Assembly (NCBI GenBank): GCA_018817165.1
Contig: JAHITY010000088.1
Coordinates: 2,866 to 66,865, forward strand
Direction of reading: 5' to 3'
Source of the DNA: Candidatus Omnitrophota bacterium
GTDB lineage: Bacteria; Omnitrophota; Gorgyraeia; B26-G9
Length of the DNA: 64,000 nt
In this document: in pieces, positions 57,151 to 64,000 of the stretch
Layout of the letters: every line of letters starts with the position of its first letter
Numbering within the stretch: the stretch's first letter is position 1
The notes under the pieces: model-generated
Seen by the model: only the letters and a program-made list of their open reading frames with translations
Databases searched by the model: none
Told to the model about the DNA's origin: nothing
Translations under genes and position numbers: made by a program

Positions 57151-58203
57151 TTAGTTCGGCATTTTCCCTTTTTTAAAAGCATTAAGAAAAGCATCTACCA
57201 CTTCTCCATCAAACTGCGTGCCTTTATTTTTTGTCAGCTCTTCCATAGCAATATCAATTGATAAAGCTTGGCGATAAGGCCGATCAGAAGTCATCGCGTC
57301 ATAAGAATCAGCTACTGCGATAATTCGAGATCTAGCCGGAATCTGCTCTTTAGTTAAACCACTGGGATAACCTTTGCCATCAACTCTTTCATGATGATAG
57401 CGAATAACATCACTGCTTTCCTGCATCCCTTCCAAAGGCGCTAAAATTTTAGAACTTTGCACCGGATGCGCTTTAATCTGCTCATACTCTTCTGCTGTCA
57501 ACCGTCCGGGCTTATTTAATACTCCATCGCGAATCGCGATTTTTCCCACATCATGCAAACGAGACTCAATATGCAGTGATTCCATAAACTGATCATCGAT
57601 CGACCAGTTATGATTATCTTTTAATTCTTCAGCAATAATCTTACTATACAAATCTACCCTCTCGGAATGACCATGCGTATAGCGATCCCGCGCTTCCAAA
57701 GCCATGGCCAAGGATAAAATAGTTTGATAAAAATTACGTTTTAATTTTTTATTCAGCTCTCCGACATTATCCACTTCTCGGGCGAGCTGATCAATTAATT
57801 TACTTTTTTCATCAAGTTCTTCGCGTAAATCATCAAACAGCTGGGCATTAACTTTTACCAAAACTTCCCGCTCCAGATAATCCAGTTTAAATGGCTTACT
57901 CACATAATCAACCGCGCCCAAAGCCTTTGCTGCCTGCATGGTTTTATCATCTTCTAAAGCTGTCACCATAATAACTTTTATACTTTTATCTACCAGCCGG
58001 ATATTACGCAGCACGGTTAATCCATCCATAATCGGCATGCGCACATCCAAAAATACCAAATGCGGTCTTTCATTTTTAATAACTTCTAATGCCTGCGCAC
58101 CGTTATTAGCGACAAAAACAGTATAATTTTTGCGCAAGAAAAAATTCTCCAAAATCTGGGTTATTTCCTGTTCATCATCAACAACCAAAATTTTAAGCAT
58201 CAA
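57151..58203 (-). CDS. Response regulator with receiver plus HD-GYP domain (RpfG-like)
   Basis: Carries ILVVDDE...DVRMP and HDVGKI...HHERVDGKGYP. Confidence 0.8.
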   Translation of the reverse strand: MMLKILVVDDEQEITQILENFFLRKNYTVFVANNGAQALEVIKNERPHLVFLDVRMPIMDGLTVLRNIRLVDKSIKVIMVTALEDDKTMQAAKALGAVDYVSKPFKLDYLEREVLVKVNAQLFDDLREELDEKSKLIDQLAREVDNVGELNKKLKRNFYQTILSLAMALEARDRYTHGHSERVDLYSKIIAEELKDNHNWSIDDQFMESLHIESRLHDVGKIAIRDGVLNKPGRLTAEEYEQIKAHPVQSSKILAPLEGMQESSDVIRYHHERVDGKGYPSGLTKEQIPARSRIIAVADSYDAMTSDRPYRQALSIDIAMEELTKNKGTQFDGEVVDAFLNAFKKGKMPN

Positions 58204-58238
58204 CTTCCCCCATTTAATCCAAAACTAAAAATTTTAAA

Positions 58239-59309
58239 TTAAATTTTCAATAACACTTCTTCGCGACAATTTTCCTGCTTAGTGATTTTTTTCTTGTTTT
58301 TTTTATACGCAGAACTAAAAGCATCAACTACCATAGCATCAAACTGAATATCCTTAAATCTTTCCAATTCTTCAAAAGCTACATCATCCGATAAAGCAGC
58401 CCGATATGGACGATCTGAGGTCATTGCGTCAAAAGCATCAGCCACAGCAATAATCCTGGCTCTTAAAGGAATCTTATTTCCCGCTTTGCGCTTAGGATAA
58501 CCCGTCCCATCATAGCGCTCATGATGACTATAAATAACCTCAATATTATCTTTAATATTTTCTAAAGGCGCTAAGATCCTAACACTTTCTCCTGGATGAC
58601 GCTTGATCTCATCATGCTCAGCATCAGTTAATTTTCCTCTTTTATTTAATACATTATCGGGAATGGCAATCTTGCCAATATCATGAAGTCGGGATTCAAT
58701 ATGCAGATCTTCTAAAAACTTATCATTAATATCAAACATTTTTGATGACTGTAATTTTTTAGCAATAAGCTTGCTGTAAACTTCCACTCTTTCTGAATGA
58801 CCATGTGTATATTTATCGCGGGATTCAAGGGCTGTGGCTAAAGATAAAATTGTTTGGTAAAAATTGCGGGATGCGCGTTCATTCAAATTGCCCAATTGAT
58901 CAATCAAATCTTGCTTCTGATTAATCTCACTTCTCAGGTCCTCAAAAAGCTGCACACTTACTTTGGCAATAACATCATGTTCCAGATAAGCTTTGGTAAA
59001 CGGTTTGCGCACAAAATCAACCGCGCCCAGACGCATGGCTTCACTGACAATTTCTTTAGTGCCAAAAGCCGTAACCATAATAACTTTTATTGTTTGATCA
59101 AAATCACGGATTTCTCGCAGCACAGTTAAGCCATCTTTTTTCGGCATACGAATATCAAGGAATACAAGATGGGGGCGATGTTCTTTGACAAGTTCAATGG
59201 CGGCTTCTCCGTCATTAGCAATGCGCACTTCATAGCCTTTTTTTGAAAAAAAACTGGCAAGGGCTTTGGCGATCTCTTGTTCATCATCAACAACTAAGAT
59301 ATCAAGCAT
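58239..59309 (-). CDS. Response regulator with receiver plus HD-GYP domain (RpfG-like), tandem paralog
   Basis: Carries ILVVDDE...DIRMP and HDIGKI...HHERYDGTGYP. Confidence 0.8.
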   Translation of the reverse strand: MLDILVVDDEQEIAKALASFFSKKGYEVRIANDGEAAIELVKEHRPHLVFLDIRMPKKDGLTVLREIRDFDQTIKVIMVTAFGTKEIVSEAMRLGAVDFVRKPFTKAYLEHDVIAKVSVQLFEDLRSEINQKQDLIDQLGNLNERASRNFYQTILSLATALESRDKYTHGHSERVEVYSKLIAKKLQSSKMFDINDKFLEDLHIESRLHDIGKIAIPDNVLNKRGKLTDAEHDEIKRHPGESVRILAPLENIKDNIEVIYSHHERYDGTGYPKRKAGNKIPLRARIIAVADAFDAMTSDRPYRAALSDDVAFEELERFKDIQFDAMVVDAFSSAYKKNKKKITKQENCREEVLLKI

Positions 59310-59354
59310 GGCAAACCTCCGTGTAATTACTTATTGCTAAAAAAACTAAATCCT

Positions 59355-61532
59355 TTAATTTTTTTCTAATCCAAATTGTAGCACAAAAGTCGTACCTTGA
59401 CCAACTTTACTTTTAACATTTATTGTCCCTTTATGCAAGCCCATTACCTGAGAAGCGACAAAAAGACCTAAACCTGTACCGTTCTCCTTACCCTTAGTAT
59501 AGAACGGATCAAAGATATTTTGAATATCTTTTTCGTCAATCCCTTTGCCTGTATCCGTGATCAAAACCTCTACTTTATGCTTTACTTCAGCAGTGGTGAT
59601 TTTCAGCGTACCGCCTTCACCCATTGACTGAATACCATTAACAAACAGATTAAGCAGTACTTCCTGGATCTGAGTCGGATTTCCATTGATCTCCGGAACT
59701 TCATTATATTCTTTTATCAGTTCAATATTCCCATGTTTGATTTTATGGCCGATCAACTCTAAAGTCTCATCGATCATCTCATGGACTTTTATTACTTTTA
59801 TTTCCTCCTTAGGCAAGCGCGAGAAATTAAGCAAACGATGAATTATTTTATAACCCCGCTCAGTCTGATCACTGATCTTTTGGAGAAATTTCTTTTTACT
59901 CTCATCCGTTTCATCCATCAGCAAAAGCTGTACATTTCCAGAAATAATCGCCAGAGGATTATTTATCTCATGCGCCATAGATGAGGCCAATTGACCTAAA
60001 AGATTTAATTTCTCAGATTGGATCAAGCTGGCCTGAGCGACTTTCAAATCCTCAAACAACTGCGCGGCTTTAAACGCCATGGCACTATCATTTGCCAAAA
60101 TCGAAAATGTGGAAATATCACTGATCGAATATGGGTCCGGAATTTTTTCTCCTAGAACTAAAAACCCTAATAGTTCTTTTTGATAAACCGAAGGAAGAAT
60201 AAGACTGGCTTTATACAACTCCATTATTCTTTTTAATTCCCTTAACACTTTATCTAACCCTTTGAACGGTTTTCTAAGCACATTGGGATTATTCAGCCAA
60301 TAATCAATATCTTCGTAAACCAAGACTTCCACATCATTAGCCCGCATTACCCCTTCGTCAACCAGCCTGTCCCGAATAACCGTAAACCATTTCACCAACA
60401 TACTGCCTTCTCGAATCAAAGTATCCACTGGAATCTTATGCTCACCTACTGAAGACTGCATATGATAAACCTTATTATCCTTATCATGCAAAAACATACT
60501 GATATGCATGATTTTATTATCCAACTTCTTATACAATTTAAGCAAATATCTAGGGATTATTTTTGATAATTTATCAATACTCTGGACTTCAATCGTTGTC
60601 TTTGACGCGGCTTTTAAAGACTGGTGTAGCCGAACTTGTTGCCGCATTCTTTTTTCTTCCGCTTTATTTTGAAATCTAAGATAAATATACGGACCGAGCA
60701 AAGCCAAAATTGTATACAATCCTAATGGCGGCACAAACCATTGAGTTTGAAAATACTTTACTAAATATGGTTTGCCCAAAATTAACAATGCCAGAGGAAT
60801 ACCCACAATAAAAGCATAAACTAAAAGTAATATAGCTCCACGGGTAAAAGCTACTTTTATATCCATTAATCTATATCTTAAAATAGCATATGCAAAAATA
60901 AGAGGATAAATACCAAGTAAAATATTTGATAAAGGATAAATTGGCAAACCCATTACAAGCAAAAACATAATCTCGGGCCCCGCCCAAGCAACTACACATC
61001 CTATAATAAAATATTTTATTTGATTGCGATGTATGCCTGTTATCTTACTAAAATATTTCAAAAGTAAAAAAAAGGCATATAAAAGGATAAGCCAATAAAA
61101 TATTAAATAAAATATTAAATATAACGGGTTCTCTTCCCAAGAGCAATGCATAAAATAAAATTGATCGAAAACAAAACGGATTTTAACGAAACTATCAGAT
61201 GTAAAGTTACAAATCAAAAAAAACCCATCCAACAAATAAACCCAGGAAATTAATTTTTTGTTCCCCAAGCTCGTACTTTCACAAACAAAATGAAAGAAAA
61301 AAGCGGGGGCCAAAATAGTACCACTATTTGCTATCTGCACCCAAAATAAAGCATCTGCATACGATATAGCAGTTGATGCTTTGAACATGCCAAATGCCCA
61401 TAAGGATGAAGCCAGACACGTCAAAGCTAAACTTACAGAACCTATTTGCCTTTTACCTTTCCACAAAAATATAATACCTATACAGAAAGAGGAAACAAAA
61501 GCAAATAGGCCAGTGATACTAAACATATTCAT
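59355..61532 (-). CDS. Membrane sensor histidine kinase with a multi-TM (7TMR-DISM-like) N-terminal domain. The start is probably M31 of the track ORF.
   Basis: About 8 hydrophobic helices, then H-box SMAHEINNPL and HATPase G-boxes (GTGLGLFVA). The M31 start abuts the upstream gene's stop. Confidence 0.75.
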   Translation of the reverse strand: MNMFSITGLFAFVSSFCIGIIFLWKGKRQIGSVSLALTCLASSLWAFGMFKASTAISYADALFWVQIANSGTILAPAFFFHFVCESTSLGNKKLISWVYLLDGFFLICNFTSDSFVKIRFVFDQFYFMHCSWEENPLYLIFYLIFYWLILLYAFFLLLKYFSKITGIHRNQIKYFIIGCVVAWAGPEIMFLLVMGLPIYPLSNILLGIYPLIFAYAILRYRLMDIKVAFTRGAILLLVYAFIVGIPLALLILGKPYLVKYFQTQWFVPPLGLYTILALLGPYIYLRFQNKAEEKRMRQQVRLHQSLKAASKTTIEVQSIDKLSKIIPRYLLKLYKKLDNKIMHISMFLHDKDNKVYHMQSSVGEHKIPVDTLIREGSMLVKWFTVIRDRLVDEGVMRANDVEVLVYEDIDYWLNNPNVLRKPFKGLDKVLRELKRIMELYKASLILPSVYQKELLGFLVLGEKIPDPYSISDISTFSILANDSAMAFKAAQLFEDLKVAQASLIQSEKLNLLGQLASSMAHEINNPLAIISGNVQLLLMDETDESKKKFLQKISDQTERGYKIIHRLLNFSRLPKEEIKVIKVHEMIDETLELIGHKIKHGNIELIKEYNEVPEINGNPTQIQEVLLNLFVNGIQSMGEGGTLKITTAEVKHKVEVLITDTGKGIDEKDIQNIFDPFYTKGKENGTGLGLFVASQVMGLHKGTINVKSKVGQGTTFVLQFGLEKN

Positions 61533-62968
61533 GTCAATACCTTTACAATTCTTTTCGCTACTTTTCGACCAGAAAGCGCCACTGTTGAAATACCACCTTG
61601 CCCAGCGCCAGTGATTACCCAATGGCCTATTAAAAATAAATTTTTTATTGATGTTTGATTATCTAATTTTCGGTTAGCAATTTGGTCAACGCTTGATTCC
61701 CAACCAAAAGCCGAACCATTCTTATTTATAGTATATTTATTAAATGTAACAGGTGTCGCTATCTCCATAATATCTATATTTTTTTTTAGATTAGGAAAAA
61801 GTTTATACGCTCTTTTTAAAATTTTATTTGCATAAATCATTTTGTTCTTTTTCCAAAATTCTTCACTTTCATAAGATGCCATAGAAAAAATTTGTGCCGT
61901 ATTATTTATTTTATTTGAAAAAGAATTCATTTTGCCAGGAGAAAACGAAAAAACAAGGCAAGGAATTGTCATTTTTCTTGTGTTGACTATTAAATCATTA
62001 TAAATTTTATCCAAATCATTGTGAGGAAAATCCCATATATTGCATGATTCACCAAAAATATTCTCTATTTTTTCTCTAATGCCTAAATAAATCGCAAAAT
62101 AAGATACTGATTCCTTTAATTTTTTTACAATATCAGCTTCTTTTGTTTTAACATCTAAAATTTTCCGAAAAAGATGCGTTGCATCAATACCTGAAACAAT
62201 TATCTTAGCTGAAAAACTTTCTCCTGAATCTAATACAATTCCCTGAGCCATAGTTGATTTTGTTATAATTCTTTTTACTTGCGAGGATAATATCATTTTT
62301 CCGTTCAAAGATTTAAATTTTTCTACTAACAAGTTAGTAAACTTTTGAATTCCTCCTTGGGGATAATAACCAGGATCAAGAAGAAATTCTCTTAAAAATA
62401 TTATCGCGGCAAAAGCAGAAATCTTACTTGGCGGCAATCCCATATTGCCTAGCATAAAAACACCTAGTGAAACTTTCAATTGACTGTCTTTAAAAAAAGA
62501 ATTTAAGACTGATTGAAAATTAGCTTTATGTGTTTTTCGATAAATTGCCACTGTATTAGGCTGCAAAACAAATTCGAAAAACTTTTCAATATTCCTTGAT
62601 TGTTCAGGAAATACTCTTTTAAGTTCATCCTGTGTTTTTATTGAATCTGATCTAATGTAAACAATATTTTTCTTAAGCAACAATTTATCTGAAGGATCAA
62701 ATTGCACAAATAAATCTTTAATATTAATACCAAGTTCTTTTAATATTACTGCTAATATACCTTTTTTAACTCCACCCAAAAAATGTGCTGCAGAATCAAA
62801 TACATATCCTGATCGGACAAAAGAACTACAATACCCTCCAGGGGAATGATGTTGTTCCGCTATTAAAACGTTTTTTCCCTCTTTCGCCAAATAACACCCA
62901 CAAACAAGGCCGCTTATTCCAGCGCCGATAATTATCACATCAAAATCATTTTTCTTATCATTTACCAT
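61529..62968 (-). CDS. FAD-dependent oxidoreductase of the phytoene desaturase (CrtI) / amine oxidase family
   Basis: Carries DVIIIGAGISGLVCGCYLAKEGKNVLIAEQ (Rossmann GxGxxG) and a CrtI-like C-terminus. Confidence 0.75.
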   Translation of the reverse strand: MVNDKKNDFDVIIIGAGISGLVCGCYLAKEGKNVLIAEQHHSPGGYCSSFVRSGYVFDSAAHFLGGVKKGILAVILKELGINIKDLFVQFDPSDKLLLKKNIVYIRSDSIKTQDELKRVFPEQSRNIEKFFEFVLQPNTVAIYRKTHKANFQSVLNSFFKDSQLKVSLGVFMLGNMGLPPSKISAFAAIIFLREFLLDPGYYPQGGIQKFTNLLVEKFKSLNGKMILSSQVKRIITKSTMAQGIVLDSGESFSAKIIVSGIDATHLFRKILDVKTKEADIVKKLKESVSYFAIYLGIREKIENIFGESCNIWDFPHNDLDKIYNDLIVNTRKMTIPCLVFSFSPGKMNSFSNKINNTAQIFSMASYESEEFWKKNKMIYANKILKRAYKLFPNLKKNIDIMEIATPVTFNKYTINKNGSAFGWESSVDQIANRKLDNQTSIKNLFLIGHWVITGAGQGGISTVALSGRKVAKRIVKVLT

Positions 62969-64000
62969 TAGTTTATCACAAACTTTCCATTTGTTAATTT
63001 TTTATCAAGAATTTTGTCAGATAAAGACACCGCAGAACAAAACGCACCAGCAATTCCCATTCCTGGAAAAGTTTTTGCTCCCACAAGAAATAAATTCTTT
63101 ACCGGAGTTTTTATTTTCATTCTATCTAGAAGCATTTGCTTCGAATAAGCCGCAAGATCATAAATACACCCATCTGTAGAATTTAACCAGCTTTTAAAAG
63201 AAATTGGAGTTAAAATATCCTCAAACAGGACTTCTTCTATTTTAAAACAACTTTTCATTTCTTTAGTTACTAATTTAATCCAATCTTGCTTTACTTTACA
63301 ATACTGTTCAACTTTATGCTGTTTATCAAAGCTATTCCAAAAATTAACATCTGTAGGTAATAATACGACATTAAGCATAAAAATATCTTCATTTTTAAAA
63401 TCTGTAAAATCTTTTAAAGAGTGAATACTTAAAGTATATATAAGTTCCCCGCTACTAAGATCAATCCCCTTTATATCTTGCGATGGGAAATTTTTAGATT
63501 TTAATTTCTGTTCAATAATAATGCTTCCAACTGATAGAAACGTTGGATCAATCTGTGCTTTTACTGCTAAAAATACTTGCAATGCGGAAGTCGATTGACG
63601 TAAATTTTTAATTTTTCGCCTAAATCCATTCGATAAATTAAAATTTTTACTAAGGTCATTAAAAGTTTTGACAGTGTCCACATTTGATATTATTATTTTC
63701 CCATAAAAAGATCTTCCGTCCTTACATTTTACCCCTACAGCCACTTTACCCTTTTTTATAATTTCCTCAACTTCCGAATCAATAATGATCTTACCATCAT
63801 TTTTTTTAATAAAAGTAACCAATGATTCAATCAACTTACCAAATCCACCTTTTATAAAATAAGTTCCTTCTTTATAATATCCCATTATTAAGCAAATCAT
63901 ATACAAGGCCGAAACAGAGAACCGATCCAGCCCAAGATATGGCCAACCGATAGAAAGCATTTCTTTAAGTTCAGTTGATTTTGTAAATCTATTTAAAAAT
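62968..64000 (-). CDS. Second CrtI-family FAD-dependent oxidoreductase, 5'-truncated by the window edge
   Basis: The frame is open to position 64000. The C-terminal motif NLFLVGAKTFPGMGIAGA is present. It overlaps the downstream paralog by 1 nt (the T at 62968 is both the last base of its TAA stop and the first base of the paralog's TTG start). Confidence 0.6.
   Translation of the reverse strand, partial: FLNRFTKSTELKEMLSIGWPYLGLDRFSVSALYMICLIMGYYKEGTYFIKGGFGKLIESLVTFIKKNDGKIIIDSEVEEIIKKGKVAVGVKCKDGRSFYGKIIISNVDTVKTFNDLSKNFNLSNGFRRKIKNLRQSTSALQVFLAVKAQIDPTFLSVGSIIIEQKLKSKNFPSQDIKGIDLSSGELIYTLSIHSLKDFTDFKNEDIFMLNVVLLPTDVNFWNSFDKQHKVEQYCKVKQDWIKLVTKEMKSCFKIEEVLFEDILTPISFKSWLNSTDGCIYDLAAYSKQMLLDRMKIKTPVKNLFLVGAKTFPGMGIAGAFCSAVSLSDKILDKKLTNGKFVIN

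Noticed and set aside
1-64000. Integrase, transposase or IS elements
   Set aside because: None were recognised in any frame. The island's recombinase, if present, must lie outside the window.

Overview
This looks like a 64 kb stretch of an AT-rich bacterial chromosome; the lineage is uncertain. The abundant giant coiled-coil proteins, secretins and TPR proteins would fit an Omnitrophota- or Elusimicrobia-like uncultured organism, but that is a guess. Nearly every gene is on the minus strand. The window divides into three parts.

(i) Coordinates 1-10300 form an accessory defence island next to a tRNA-Gln(CUG). It carries a type I restriction-modification module (hsdM, an ORF6N gene, a gene remnant, hsdS) with no hsdR in the window. 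It also carries a large Rad50/RloC-like ABC ATPase with a coiled-coil and a CxxC zinc hook, tightly coupled to hsdS, which is not in the ORF track because it runs off the window edge. RadC, a DUF2924 protein and an AbiEi/AbiEii abortive-infection pair complete the island. Between the island and the tRNA lie a partial direct repeat of the tRNA-Gln 3' end and a structured GC-rich segment that look like an att-site scar.

(ii) Coordinates 10300-19750 are a housekeeping block: gltX, dxs, xseB, xseA, prfB with its conserved programmed +1 frameshift (CTT TGA C), tRNA-Leu(CAG), dinB, a small ORF and lexA. Several intergenic regions in this block share one repeat family.

(iii) Coordinates 19876-64000 are envelope and signalling loci. 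They begin with an ECF sigma/anti-sigma pair followed by an unusual trio of a signal-peptide radical SAM enzyme, an HD-domain protein and a signal-peptide carbamate-kinase-like protein. Next come pgi, a TPR-Wza polysaccharide exporter and giant coiled-coil proteins. Then there are two tandem paralogous secretin plus coiled-coil/TPR gene pairs with an ExeA/MshM-like ATPase. After these come gapA, two tandem GalT paralogs (one lacks the nucleophilic His), fmt, a leaderless TPR gene that is the only plus-strand gene, priA, pcm and a glycolipid cluster (GT2, lipid A acyltransferase, MGDG-synthase-like). The window ends with mtnP, a sensor kinase with two receiver-HD-GYP regulators, and two CrtI-like FAD oxidoreductases.

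No CRISPR array, rRNA, integrase or transposase is visible.
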